A DNA stretch of 63,737 nt, counting the filler, from Stramenopiles sp. TOSAG23-2 (lineage: Eukaryota), in the NCBI GenBank assembly GCA_900128395.1. It is 19 parts of 19 records of this genome, joined end to end, with 100 filler letters (N's around TTAATTAATTAA, not from the genome) between each part and the next. Parts side by side here need not be neighbours in the genome. Positions count along the whole stretch, not along the records: positions 43,737 to 46,989 come from LT651294.1; positions 47,090 to 50,340 come from LT651295.1; positions 50,441 to 53,690 come from LT651296.1; positions 53,791 to 57,039 come from LT651297.1; positions 57,140 to 60,388 come from LT651298.1; 14 more parts are not named here. The stretch is one strand, 5' to 3'. Under the pieces are notes generated by a model, which saw nothing but the letters and a program-made list of their open reading frames with translations, was not told where the DNA came from and did no database searches. Below are positions 44,734 through 57,141 of this stretch, one piece after another (the first letter of the stretch is position 1; every line of letters begins with the position of its first letter). Made by a program: the position numbers and the translations under genes.

Positions 44734-46385
44734 TCTGGATGAAATTGTGTAGCGAAGAAAAACGGATGAACACTTTCAGGCAATTCAATAATTTCCATTC
44801 GTTGTCCTTTATCATCCACACCAGTAAAACGCAATCCACCATCTTCCAATTGCGTTACATATTCTGGATTCACTTCATAACGATGTCGATGTCGTTCAAA
44901 CACACCAATATTGTTTCCATATACAGTTTCCGCTATTGAAACTTCTTCATTGTATCGATGAAATAATGTTTGCCTTGAACCTAAACGCATTGTACCACCC
45001 ATGTGAGATGGATTGATTTCTGGCATGAAAATAATAAGTGGATTTTCAGCTTTTTCATCAAATTCTGTACTGGTAGCATTGTCAATACCTAATACATTTT
45101 GTGCAAATTCTACAACAGCTAATTGCATTCCTAAACAAATACCTAAATATGGTGTTTTGCTAGTTCGTGCATAACTAATTGCTTTCAATTTACCTTTAAT
45201 ACCACGATCACCAAAACCACCTGGTACCAATACACCATCAGCATTTGTAATTAATTCCCATGCTTTGATAAAATCTTCACTAGATTCATCCATTTCCAAA
45301 TCGCTTGCCTCTACCCAATCAATAATTAATTTGCGTCTACATGCAAATGCACCATGTTTCAATGCTTTTAAAACACTTAAATAGGAATCTTGCAAATCGG
45401 TATATTTACCAACCAATGCAACATGTACCTCAATGCTTAAATTATCCACCATATCAGCCATATCAGCCCAACTTGCCATATCAGGTGGCATCACTGCTGG
45501 CTCAACTTGTAATTTATTTGCAATAATATTTGGCAAGCCTTGATCACATAAAATTAATGCGACATGATATATATTTGTTACATCATGAACGGATAATACA
45601 TTTGCTGGTGGTACATGGCAAAATAAAGATATTTTATCTTGCGTTGAACGTTTCAATTTCTGACCACTACGACATACAATCACATCAGGGGTAAGACCGA
45701 CACTACGTAATTCACGAACACTATGTTGTGTTGGTTTTGTTTTTTGTTCCCCTACACTACCTAATACGGGAACTAAAGATACGTGTAAAAAACAACAATT
45801 TTCCCTACCAACACGAAATTGAAATTGACGTAGTGCTTCTAAAAATATCATTGATTCAATATCTCCAACAGTACCACCAACTTCTATTAAACAAATATCT
45901 GCCGGGCCAACTTTCCCATCAACAGATTCATATGCAACTCGTTCAATCCAATCTTGAATTGCATTTGTTACATGTGGAACTACTTGAACAGTTTTCCCTA
46001 AATAATCACCACGTCGTTCACGTTGTATGACTTGATGATATGCTTTTCCAGTCGTAATATTATGATCTCGCGTCAACTCTATACCTAAAAAACGTTCATA
46101 ATTTCCTAAATCTAAATCAACTTCACCACCATCTTTCAATACATATACTTCCCCATGTTCAAAAGGTGACATTGTCCCAGCATCCGTATTTAAATATGGA
46201 TCAATTTTTATAGATGTTACACGGAAACCACAACGTTTCATAATAACACCAACACTACTAATTGTAATACCTTTACCTAAACCAGATACAACACCACCAG
46301 TTACTACAATATATTTCATTTTTTTTCGCATACTACTGCTACGCCCTCTTGGAGATTGCGGTGGAGATGATGTCAACGATGCCAT
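44595..46385 (-). CDS. CTPS: CTP synthase
   Basis: [61 protein letters not shown]. Confidence 0.98.
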   Translation of the reverse strand: MASLTSSPPQSPRGRSSSMRKKMKYIVVTGGVVSGLGKGITISSVGVIMKRCGFRVTSIKIDPYLNTDAGTMSPFEHGEVYVLKDGGEVDLDLGNYERFLGIELTRDHNITTGKAYHQVIQRERRGDYLGKTVQVVPHVTNAIQDWIERVAYESVDGKVGPADICLIEVGGTVGDIESMIFLEALRQFQFRVGRENCCFLHVSLVPVLGSVGEQKTKPTQHSVRELRSVGLTPDVIVCRSGQKLKRSTQDKISLFCHVPPANVLSVHDVTNIYHVALILCDQGLPNIIANKLQVEPAVMPPDMASWADMADMVDNLSIEVHVALVGKYTDLQDSYLSVLKALKHGAFACRRKLIIDWVEASDLEMDESSEDFIKAWELITNADGVLVPGGFGDRGIKGKLKAISYARTSKTPYLGICLGMQLAVVEFAQNVLGIDNATSTEFDEKAENPLIIFMPEINPSHMGGTMRLGSRQTLFHRYNEEVSIAETVYGNNIGVFERHRHRYEVNPEYVTQLEDGGLRFTGVDDKGQRMEIIELPESVHPFFFATQFHPEFKTRPQSPSPPFAAFIQAAAKLWSGAGKGFKKIPRESPRTVVDDS

Positions 46386-46548
46386 GATATGTTATTATTA
46401 TTATTATAATATGTTTATTGTTTCCTAAAGCAAATTTTAAAAACGTGAAATATTTGTGTGAATTAATATTAAATTATGATTTGAATAATTTATTGAAAAT
46501 TAAAAGGCGAAATATATATAATAATATAAAAATTCAAAAACAAATTCG

Positions 46549-46872
46549 GATATTTACCAGAAGTATGATGTTAAACTAAATTATCAGCTATATTATTATT
46601 ACTCAACAACCAAATGCGTGATTTGCAAAGATGTATTTTTCTAAAATTCTTTCTGCTTCACTATTAGAACTATATAAGCTAAAGCATAAATTCAAATTTT
46701 AAAATAATAAGATATTTACCAGAAGTATGATGTTAAACTAAATTATCAGCTATATTATTATTACTCAACAACCAAATGCGTGATTTGCAAAGATGTATTT
46801 TTCTAAAATTCTTTCTGCTTCACTATTAGAACTATATAAGCTAAAGCATAAATTCAAATTTTAAAATAATAA
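46549..46872. repeat. Exact 162-bp tandem duplication upstream of CTP synthase
   Basis: 46549..46710 = 46711..46872 (GATATTTACCAGAAG...TAAAATAATAA). Confidence 0.93.
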
Positions 46873-47093
46873 TAATAATAAGCACATAAATCCAATCATT
46901 TTTTTTATTAAACTCTCTTCTGGTGGAGGTCACGAAATATTAGCATAGGAATAGCATTATACTAGAGTTGAAGAGTAGGGTTCAAGCGGNNNNNNNNNNN
47001 NNNNNNNNNNNNNNNNNNNNNNNNNNNNNNNNNTTAATTAATTAANNNNNNNNNNNNNNNNNNNNNNNNNNNNNNNNNNNNNNNNNNNNTGAA

Positions 47094-47265
47094 GGAAGGA
47101 TAGAAACCTACTCGTGCTTGTAGAGTATTAGTTTGCAGAGGTGCATTTTAGAGCTTTACTAATTAGTAGGATATTATAGAATATTATTCTTGCGATTGAG
47201 TATTGAGCATATTTACTTAACACGGGAAGTGTAAAATTATTATAACTTAGATTTTAACCATCATT
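47094..47265 (-). repeat. Dispersed repeat family, copy C (longest; runs to the contig edge)
   Basis: Contains the segments matching copy A (22641..22716) and both halves of copy B (33273..33326). Confidence 0.88.
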
Positions 47266-47413
47266 TTTAAATAGTACCGCTATTACGAAGTATTTTAAAT
47301 TTTTTATTCCTATACCCCATATTATTAAAATAAATGATATATCGTATATACGAATATATATATATATATATATGCCATTATTATATAAAATTGCCACATT
47401 TTAAGTGCTTTCG

Positions 47414-50338
47414 TCATTGAACTCCACAAGTTCCATCACTTTTCATACCCATTATACTAACATCTTTCATTTTCTCGTCATTATGATCCTTTTTCATCAA
47501 GTCTTCAATAGAATTCCCTGCGGCTTGGTGACTCTTTCTATGTGGATCCATGTCTTCGTCCTTTATTATATTACTCCACCATAAATGTGCATTTCCGCCA
47601 TTTTCCGATTTCAATGTCATCCCATCCCAAGCAGACTCTACCCATCTATTTAGTAAATCAAATCTTTTCTTCGAGCGAAATTCTGGCCAATGCTCTTGAT
47701 CAATAGATTTCGTTGCAAGATTTACTATTTCGCTGCACCACACAATTTCTTTATTTCCGTATGTAGGAAATACATGTATAAGTAAGTATAATGCCTCGGC
47801 CATGGAATCAATGAATGTATTGCACATACCTTTGTATGGCTCGGAAGCTTGGATTCTTTTCTGTAGAGTTGCTTGAAGTTGCTCATGATCATGAGGATGT
47901 TTATTGAAGTATACTGGCAATGTATTTAAAAGTGTAATTAGGGCTAACGATAAAAATCTATCTATCCGTTTCTCATCTCGTTCAAAATACAATTGTAAAT
48001 TGTCTTTGATTTCTTCGTTCAAAATTTCGTCATAATTGATTTCTATGGTTGATAATTCTAGCGTTCTATTGTCTAATATCAATTCAATCAAGACATGGAA
48101 GCCCCCAGCAAAAACGATTTCTTCAGCATACTTATGACTTAAACAGCGTAATTCTGTATCTGCATATGATTGAAATAAAGCTGACGAAGCGCTTGCAAGG
48201 ATTATGATTTTTGCAGCACACGTTCGAATTTCACATGCAACTAGCGGACTTGTGAACTTTGATAACTTCATTATTTCTACTATAGAATGCATAAATCCAC
48301 TAATAAAAGTATCTCCACACGGAAATGCTCCTTTAACGTCATGCTTAAACACGCGTTTAAAATCATCCCATTTATGGCATGATAAAGTAGATTCAAACAA
48401 ATGATCGCGCAATTTATTTTTGGTCGCAACATCTATATGCAAAGCGAACGCCCTTTCTATTCTCAGTATAAGTTCAGGCGCATTCTCTTCTATTTCACTC
48501 AATTCAATTCTATCAATGTTTACTTGCTTTTCAATTTTCTCCAGTGGATCAATTAAAACATTAAATTGCTTTAATTTTTCAAATTCTGGAGTACCTTCAC
48601 GTAATTTTTTGCCGTGCAAAGATTCCAAAAACAATTCCATTTGCTCCTCTGCATGTCTCAATTTTGCCTTCTCCAGCGATAAAAACTCTTTGAAAAACTT
48701 TGATAGGTAAATTATTTTCTCTTTCTCAAAATTCGTATCTTTTAAACATGGTGCAATTTCAAGTAATTTCTCTCTATTAATTCCAGAACCTTCAACAGTA
48801 ATAACGTTTGGCGAATATTTTTTAGTCAAATTGCAACATTCTAAGTATTGGTGTATAACTTCGTAGCCCTCATGCCTTTGTATGCCACGTATTTCAGCAA
48901 GAAGTTTCAACGTTTCATACTCTAACGAACTGTTAGAACCAAAATGATCTAAATGGTTTACGCCACCAAGCAACTCTCCTAAAATCTCCTCGCACAGCGG
49001 CGCTATACTCTCCTCTTGTCCCCACGAGTTAATCCGCAATGCTTGCAGTGATGGAACAATGCCAAAATTGTACAAGTCTTTGTGAGTTGGAAAATTTGGA
49101 TCCTCTGCTAAAAATTTAAAAATAACACACATTTCGTCCCTCATTCTTCTAGCCGTTTCATTTTCAAGAAATACACCATGCCGTTCTACTGAAGTTTCGT
49201 ACAGCTTTTCAGCGAGAATGTTGCAAGTGATACTGTCCTTTGATAATATGTTATATTTTTCTTCAGACTCTGCTTCATATTTTATAATCTCTAGAACAAA
49301 GTCTGTAATTGTTTCGCGTACGAAACGATCTTCATTCTCGTCTTCTTCTACGGCATGTTGTTGGTGCAAAACATCCAAAACTAATGGAAAAATTCTGTGA
49401 TCTATATCATCTAAGTGCACGTCTAATTTAAGACATAGCAAACATGCAGAAAAAGCAACAACAATCCCACCACATAGTTCTGTGTGCCCATCTTCCATTC
49501 TTTTCATTGTTGCCCAGGATTCTTCATGAAAATTAAAATCTGTCCTGCTTTTCAAGAGATCAACGCTTTCGTGTAACCATTTTGTTGCATCGGCTTTTAA
49601 TCTATCGACATCAAAGTGCTCCTTGTGCAAATACTTATGATCACCCATGTATATATCCCGTAAATCTTCTTCTTCTTTCCCCGTCTCATTTAAAAAAGAC
49701 TTTTTGAAATATTGTAACCGCAACTTCATTTCTAAAAAGGTTCTAACAATACCATTTTCACCGGCAAATATGCGTAAAGCAAATAAATCAATAACTCCAG
49801 TGTCGTAAATATCGAAACATATCTTCAGAGCTGCGATGTCTTGCTCTGATGGATGTAGAAACTCCAGCGGTGTATGAAATCCGTTTTTATTGTACTCCTC
49901 CTGAGCTGTCAAAACTCGAAATATTTGATCTAAAACTTCAGAAAAGTTCCCACCAAAATGTTCTATCCACCATTTCATATCACTGTCATGCTCGAAAAAG
50001 TGCCTCAATTGAATACAATTAGAGTCTGTTTCTAAAGCGCTTAAAGCCCGCTTTTTGGATTCTTCAGTAACTGTATTTGTCGAGACACCAATTACATCAC
50101 TGATAAACATTAAGCTAGTTGAAGGATGGTACTTATCGTTTTCGTTTCCTGCCATAAATTCTCCCTGGGAAACAAGTTCTTTTAATTCATTTTGTAATTT
50201 TTCTTGCGTCGGTATTTGGCCATCTAACCTGCAAATGCCACCAATACATGCCAACGTGTTGCAATCATATTTAACTAACGCAGAGCCTATCGATTGTTTT
50301 CTGCTACCTATAATTGCTCCTATTTCCCATTTCCATAT
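47414..50338 (-). CDS. Large acidic alpha-helical hypothetical protein (possible ARM-like segments), 5' partial
   Basis: More than 946 aa open to contig edge; EEIVFAGGFHVLIELIL and NFGIVPSLQAL resemble ARM helices. Confidence 0.7.
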   Translation of the reverse strand: MWKWEIGAIIGSRKQSIGSALVKYDCNTLACIGGICRLDGQIPTQEKLQNELKELVSQGEFMAGNENDKYHPSTSLMFISDVIGVSTNTVTEESKKRALSALETDSNCIQLRHFFEHDSDMKWWIEHFGGNFSEVLDQIFRVLTAQEEYNKNGFHTPLEFLHPSEQDIAALKICFDIYDTGVIDLFALRIFAGENGIVRTFLEMKLRLQYFKKSFLNETGKEEEDLRDIYMGDHKYLHKEHFDVDRLKADATKWLHESVDLLKSRTDFNFHEESWATMKRMEDGHTELCGGIVVAFSACLLCLKLDVHLDDIDHRIFPLVLDVLHQQHAVEEDENEDRFVRETITDFVLEIIKYEAESEEKYNILSKDSITCNILAEKLYETSVERHGVFLENETARRMRDEMCVIFKFLAEDPNFPTHKDLYNFGIVPSLQALRINSWGQEESIAPLCEEILGELLGGVNHLDHFGSNSSLEYETLKLLAEIRGIQRHEGYEVIHQYLECCNLTKKYSPNVITVEGSGINREKLLEIAPCLKDTNFEKEKIIYLSKFFKEFLSLEKAKLRHAEEQMELFLESLHGKKLREGTPEFEKLKQFNVLIDPLEKIEKQVNIDRIELSEIEENAPELILRIERAFALHIDVATKNKLRDHLFESTLSCHKWDDFKRVFKHDVKGAFPCGDTFISGFMHSIVEIMKLSKFTSPLVACEIRTCAAKIIILASASSALFQSYADTELRCLSHKYAEEIVFAGGFHVLIELILDNRTLELSTIEINYDEILNEEIKDNLQLYFERDEKRIDRFLSLALITLLNTLPVYFNKHPHDHEQLQATLQKRIQASEPYKGMCNTFIDSMAEALYLLIHVFPTYGNKEIVWCSEIVNLATKSIDQEHWPEFRSKKRFDLLNRWVESAWDGMTLKSENGGNAHLWWSNIIKDEDMDPHRKSHQAAGNSIEDLMKKDHNDEKMKDVSIMGMKSDGTCGVQ

Positions 50339-50442
50339 ATNNNNNNNNNNNNNNNNNNNNNNNNNNNNNNNNNNNNNNNNNNNNTTAATTAATTAANNNN
50401 NNNNNNNNNNNNNNNNNNNNNNNNNNNNNNNNNNNNNNNNAT

Positions 50443-51176
50443 GGCAAATGTGTTATGGCCAATAATAGCAGTTTAGGTAATCTTGTAAGCTTTCATGGTA
50501 ATAAGGAAGAAAAGCACGTGGATGACAATTCTGATATAGTTGTAAGGAGAAACGATACTCCGTTGAATATGACCAAACGTGGCGATTTATTGCGTAAAGC
50601 AAAAGTTTTTAAAACTTTCATGGAAATTATGGAGGAACATCCATTATTTGATCTGCCATATGGAGATTCTTTTTTATATTTGAAATCAGTCAGTGGAAGT
50701 TCATATGATTTGGACATTATACAACATGAAGAGATTGATTCAAGTGATTATTACACATATCAGAAAATGTTAATGAAGGCGAGATAGATGAAACTGAAGA
50801 AAAAAATGAAGAAAAAAAAGGAGAAAGTTTACAAGACTCTGAACCTGTCAAACAAAGTCAACGAGATGGTGTATTGGTTAGTGGTCTGTGGATGGAAGGC
50901 TTAGCATGGAATGTAGAAAAACAAATGTTACAAGACTGCAGGAAGGGTGAAATGTTTTCTTTATTACCAATTATACATTTTTTGCCAACGGATAATGTTC
51001 AGTACGCAACTACAACTTACAAATGTCCAGTATACAAAATATCCACACGCCAAGGTCAATTAAGTACAACAGGTATATCTACAAATTTTGTTACAGCGAT
51101 TGATTTGCCAACGGATAAGGACGAGTCGTTTTGGATACAACGTGGTGCAGCCGCACTGTGTTGTTTGGATGATTAA
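50443..51176 (+). pseudogene. Axonemal dynein heavy chain: N-terminal fragment joined out of frame to the extreme C-terminus (chimera or deletion)
   Basis: C-terminal DGVLVSGLWMEG..YKCPVYK..R.GQLSTTG.STNFV..FWIQRGAAALC is diagnostic; upstream FLYL...YDLDIIQHEEI...DYYT resembles an inner-arm DHC N-terminus; frames switch within 50748..50787. Confidence 0.75.
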
Positions 51177-51333
51177 AAAAGTTCAAAAACCAAAATATGG
51201 CGCCATCATATTGTGATGTATGAGTATATGTGATATACTTCGTATATCATACACTCGAATAAAATTTCTTTATAAATAAATTTTAATTTCATACGCGCAC
51301 ATATGATACGAATTCGTAATTTATTTTTTAATT

Positions 51334-53688
51334 TTACTCAACACTCTCTCCATCAAATGCATTTCTTAAAGCTAAATATTTTCCATCAGATATTTTCATC
51401 AACTCATCGTGTGTACCACTTTCAACAACAACACTGCCTTGATTGCTTCCAGGTTGATTCTCTAAAACATAAATTTTATCACAATTTCTAATTGTGCTCA
51501 AACGATGGGCAACTACTATTGTGGTTCGTTGTGCATCTTTCTCCGCCAATAAAGTATCCAAACTAGCCTGTACTATTTTTTCTGACTCATTATCTAATGC
51601 AGAAGTTGCTTCATCTAAGAGTAAGATTTTAGGATTTTTTATAATAGCTCTTGCAATAGCTACACGTTGTTTTTGTCCACCAGAAAGCTTTCCTCCTCCA
51701 ATACCTACATTCACATCATAACCACCAATGTGTTGGATAAAATCATGTGCATTAGCCATTTTTGCAGCATTTATTATTTCTTCTCTTGTTGCATTTTGTT
51801 TGCCCATACCCTACAATATGTGTGTGTGAAATTATAGCAGTATCTGTTAGTATATTTTATGTATTTTCTTGTGTATATATTATATATATATATAAAGTAA
51901 TAAAGTAAAAGGAAAGAAGCGGAAAGTCAAAAGGTACATACAATATTTTCACTGATTGTCCCATAAAACAGTTTTGGTTCTTGTCCGACTAAACCAATAT
52001 TATTACGTAACCACCTTACATCAATTTTTTTCAAACTCACATTATCCAATCGTACTGATGCGTCATTTTTATTACCTTTTCCTGCCATAGGGTCATAAAA
52101 CCGCTCTACTAATTGTATGACAGTAGATTTTCCACTTCCACTACTGCCAACAAACGCTACTGTACTTCCAGGAGTAATTTTTAATGATAAATTATGGAAA
52201 ACTTGTGCATCTGATCGTTGTGGATAAGCGAAATTTACATTACGAAATTCAATCTCTCCATTCAGTTTGGGAATTAGCTTGGTATTTTGCTCAACTTTGC
52301 GCTCCACTGTGCCATCTTCATTTTCCCATGGATTCGTATCAATTTCTGATTTACGATCTAGAAGCTTAAATATACGTTTTGCAGCTACTTTTGCTTTTGC
52401 TTGATCTCCAGCAAAAGCGGCAGCCTGGCCAAGGCCAGAAGCACCAAAACCTAAAACAAAAAGCGCTTTCATCATATTATTAAATGTCATAATTCCTTCA
52501 TCAATCCACATACCACCCAACGAGAAAGCAACTGTATAAAAGGCCAACATGATTCCATTTGCAAATGCCATAGAAACAGAACCATACTTTGCACTTTTAA
52601 CTTTACGTTTACTTGGTACATCAAGTTCTTCTGTATAAATGCGATGAACTTCGTCTCCTAGATTAAAAGAAATAACTTCACGCATGGACCGAACAGACTC
52701 ACCAACTACAGCAACGGACTTAGCATATTGCTCCATTGCCCCCTGTTCACTACCCATCATAATTTCATTAAAGATAATTTCTACCGATGCTAATAAAGGC
52801 AACATACAAAGTAAGGCCAATGCTAATTGCCACGCTGAATAAAAAGCAACGCCCAAGGCAATACCCAACGTTGAAATAACACCTGCAAAAGATGCCAGGG
52901 AATGTCCAGTAACATTTTGAATGTAAACTGTATCTGTACTTAGTAACGATAACAAAACACCACTTGAGTTAGAAGGGTCATCAAAAAAAGAAATATCTTG
53001 TCTTAAAATTGTTCTGAAAAGTGCAGCTCTTAATTTGCGTACAAGGGCTTCGCCACTTTTAACAACGCCATACACTTGACCTGTTTGAAAAACTACTTGT
53101 ATGACTGCAATTATCCAGAACATGATTGCCCATTGCCATGCTTCTTGTCGTATTTCATTATCATTGAAATTACTAAGTGTGCTAATAATTTCTGCAAATG
53201 CATACCCAAATGCAGGCCAAACACCGCCTGTTATAAAAGCACAAATTAAACCAAAGGCTAAATAACCGTAGTACCCTTTTGCATATTTCCAAACACGTTT
53301 CGTTAACAGTTTTTCCTCTGCTGCTATTCTTTTTTTTCTCTGCAGCAATTTCAGCTTTTGATTTTTTTTTACCTGAATTACTTTCATCAGCACTTTCAAC
53401 AGCATCACTTGAAAGTCGAGAAGTTGTTATATCTTCTCCTTCTTCCTCTCCTATTTGGCTATTGTTATTGTTATCATTGAGGCTATTTGTATTAGAAGAT
53501 CCATCTTCCTCGTCCCCCTCTTTCCCATCTTGTCTGCCAACCAAAGCATAGTAAATCCCTTTTGATTTCATTAACTCATCATGTGTGCCAGCTTCAACAA
53601 TTTTGCTTCCACCACCCATGCCATTATCTCCCTCTCCAAGTACAATTATACGATCGGCATCTCTTACCGTTGATAATCGGTGTGCAAT
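51334..53688 (-). CDS. ABCB1: ABCB1/MDR-type ABC transporter, C-terminal half, 5' partial; intron 51811..51941; frameshift in an A8 run at ~53330..53337
   Basis: End of NBD1 ([17 protein letters not shown]), TMD2, NBD2 [47 protein letters not shown]...TAG intron joins ENI|GMGK. Confidence 0.9.
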
Positions 53689-54035
53689 TTNNNNNNNNNN
53701 NNNNNNNNNNNNNNNNNNNNNNNNNNNNNNNNNNTTAATTAATTAANNNNNNNNNNNNNNNNNNNNNNNNNNNNNNNNNNNNNNNNNNNNTACTTGTTGT
53801 GTATATATTATTGATTAGTATACTGAAATATATAACCTACCATAACGTTTTTTAAAAGAAGATATTTTTCATCCATCAACAACAACATTTTTTAAAAACT
53901 AAAAAAAGACAATGTACCATCATACAGATGATACCAAGACAGACGACTATATATCAAAAAATAGAAAAGAGAAAAATCAAATATAACCAATAATAATAAT
54001 AATAATATTATTAATTATAATAATCCAATACAACC

Positions 54036-55643
54036 ATGAATAAAAATAGTATTACGAAATGTGCCATATGTTTTGATCCAGTACATATGCATACATTACA
54101 TGATGCTACGACATTTAAAACAAAAATGCAACGTCCTATTGCAGTATTAGCATGTGGCCATTGTTTCCATTTAGATTGTATTGGTAATTCATTTAATGCA
54201 AAACGTGCCATGGAATGCCCTTGTTGTCGTGATACACAAAAAGGTGAATGGCATACACCACGAACACCACGTGGTAATACAAATCCAGGAAATGTCAATA
54301 CAGGTAATGATAATCAACCTGTTGATTTATTTGTCTCGATACAACGAGCTGTATTATTTCGTGAATTATTAAGTTTACGTAGATCCAATATTGAAGATGT
54401 AAATCAAATAAGTTTAGTTGCTAGACGTTTAATACCAAATCGTAATAGTAGTAACAACAACACAGAAGGAAGTGCCAATAATAATAATAATAATAGTGAT
54501 AATAACAGCAATCCTAATCATATTGATGATAGGAGTACAAATACAAATCATCGTAGACGCGTATCAGTTCCACAGTCTTTAACATCCTCTGGTAATAGTA
54601 ATAACAATGTAGCAACACGTATACCGTTAACACCAAGACGTCGTAGACCACGTAGAGCAAGATCATTATCGATTGATGCCATTCATAGTAATAGCAATGG
54701 TAATAGTAGCGTCAACAACAACAACAACAACAATTATCATAATACTTCACGTAACAGAAGAAGACGATTTCATCGTCGTATCAGAACTGTATCAGATTCT
54801 GCTGCTATGGAAGAAGAAAGAGGTACTAGAAATAATGATAATAATAATACAACAACTACTATCACCACCAACAACAACACCACCAACAACAACAACAGCA
54901 CGAGAGTAGAAAACTTATCATCACCATCATCAACAAGTAGTAGTAGTAGTAGTAGTAGAAGCAGTAGTAGAAGAAGAAGACGTCCAACGATTCAAACAGA
55001 TTTTAATAATAGTAATGATGCGGTATATTCCATGATAGATTTACCTTCTACTCCAGTAATTAAACGTGTTGTTTCATTAGCAAAAGCGGAAATGAGATTA
55101 TTGCAAGTTGAAATATTGCAACGTGAACAGGAATTAAGAGTAACATCATCGATATCAAACAATAGCAATGTTCATCAGAACAATAATAGTCCGATACTAT
55201 CATCACCAAGAAATGCTGCAAATATTAGTCGTAAAATTGAAACAGATATTTCTCGTCGACGTGAATTTTTATCACAAGCTCTTGGTACATTTAGATGCAG
55301 TGCTATTATGATGGAAAATGTTGGACAAGTAAGTCAAGAGGAAGTAGATGCTACTACATTATTTTTAAAACGACATATTGTATCTGCACAAAAAGAATTA
55401 AGAGGATTGCATCAATCAGAAGCAAGTCGAGAAGCAGCATTGTTACGAAGGATAGGTGTATTACGAGAAATGGAAAAATATTTAGAAAAATTTCCAAGGC
55501 ATTCCATTAGTCCACTTGTTTCACCATCATCTACATCTACTATTAGTGAAGAGGAAAATTTAAGAAATAATGAAAATATGTTGATTGATGAAGATGATGA
55601 TGGCTTAATCGATGGTGAATATGGTAGTATTCGTGTTTGTTAA
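54036..55643 (+). CDS. RING-H2 finger protein (putative E3 ligase) with low-complexity tail
   Basis: CAIC...CGHCFHLDC...CPCCR (C3H2C3). Confidence 0.88.
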   Translation: MNKNSITKCAICFDPVHMHTLHDATTFKTKMQRPIAVLACGHCFHLDCIGNSFNAKRAMECPCCRDTQKGEWHTPRTPRGNTNPGNVNTGNDNQPVDLFVSIQRAVLFRELLSLRRSNIEDVNQISLVARRLIPNRNSSNNNTEGSANNNNNNSDNNSNPNHIDDRSTNTNHRRRVSVPQSLTSSGNSNNNVATRIPLTPRRRRPRRARSLSIDAIHSNSNGNSSVNNNNNNNYHNTSRNRRRRFHRRIRTVSDSAAMEEERGTRNNDNNNTTTTITTNNNTTNNNNSTRVENLSSPSSTSSSSSSSRSSSRRRRRPTIQTDFNNSNDAVYSMIDLPSTPVIKRVVSLAKAEMRLLQVEILQREQELRVTSSISNNSNVHQNNNSPILSSPRNAANISRKIETDISRRREFLSQALGTFRCSAIMMENVGQVSQEEVDATTLFLKRHIVSAQKELRGLHQSEASREAALLRRIGVLREMEKYLEKFPRHSISPLVSPSSTSTISEEENLRNNENMLIDEDDDGLIDGEYGSIRVC

Positions 55644-57141
55644 AAAAGACTGTGTGAGAAATGTTAAAGGGAAAAAGTGTGAGGGAAAGATTAGATATAG
55701 CAGATACGTTTCGTAGCAGATAGTGGATAGTGTGTGTGCGTGTGTGTAGGAAAAATTGTAAATAAAAAAAAACTTATAAAAATATCCACGCAAAATTAAA
55801 TATTTTTTTATCACTGTACGGCTTCGTATTAATAATCTCATTTCAAAAATTCACATGTGTACGCACCGTACGACTCAATCAGTCAAATCTTGAAATTTGC
55901 CTCTCAAACTCACCTTTCTCTCTCTCTCTCTCTCACCAATTTCTCCTCCTCCTTCCAAATGAGCTTTGGCTACTACTGGATGGAGTATACGATGTGGATG
56001 TCACATTTTTACTATTTGTGTCGTGTTGATGTTTCATTTTATTTTTAGACATTGTACGTAATGCTTGCTGCAATTGATTACCAATTTCAGTAATTCTTGA
56101 TGCAGTATCATCAAAATCCTCGCCATTATTATTATTATCCGATTGTTCCGTCATGATTTCATCATCATATGTTGTTATCGATCGATCATCACCATCGTTA
56201 CGTCTTCCTCTTGGACTACGATCTTTTTCAATCATTTCTTCCTCTTCAGTAAAAATTGTTTTTCTTCCTATTCTTCGTTTATTAAATAATTATAAATTAT
56301 CGGATATTATTATTATTATCCGACTCTAAATAGTCAGTAGGGTATATCTTTAAGTACAAGGTCGAGTAATTTATTGACAATGGTTGACATATTGCTATTA
56401 TATTGAGAATGTAAAATATTTATTACAGTAGTAAACTAAAACTGCAGCTCCTTTGCTTCTTTATAAAAAAATATTAATAATTTTTTTATTATTATTATTA
56501 TTATTATTGCTGGATTGGTTATTATGCTACTATTAGAAAAAGAGACGGTTGACTGCCAATCGACGTCCTAGTGTAAGTGTGCTCAATGCATTGAATTTGA
56601 AAGAATTGGAAGTGGATAAAACAGCATACATTTAAATAGATTTACAAAAAAGATACTCGTAGTATCTCTCTCTTAATGATATCTTACGCTGATACAGATG
56701 GTTTTCACTATTAATATATGTTAGTTACACTGCACAGAACGACCGTTCTATGTAGTCCAGCTGACGCCTATAAAATTAAAATGTACGCATTAAATAGACT
56801 ATTTGAATTTTTTTTTGCGGATAAATTGGTTTTTTTATTTGATATAAAACCCAAAATGGGAGAATCTGCATTTTATATCCATTTAGTATACAAATAATAT
56901 ATACTTAAAAGTACCAAATTTTATAGTTTTGGCGAGTGCCATGAATACTTTCTCCACATTTTCCATTTTGATAGAAACCACAATCTTGTTAGTATATGAT
57001 CAATAATTAATTCTTCACATTTGTTTCGAGAGGGTACCANNNNNNNNNNNNNNNNNNNNNNNNNNNNNNNNNNNNNNNNNNNNTTAATTAATTAANNNNN
57101 NNNNNNNNNNNNNNNNNNNNNNNNNNNNNNNNNNNNNNNGT

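Noticed and set aside
55933-57039. Minus-strand short ORF (55933..56235) and a Rab-like phrase ENVEKVFMALAKTIK near 56920..56965
   Set aside because: No consistent exon chain or GTPase G-box motifs could be assembled; may be chance or a decayed fragment
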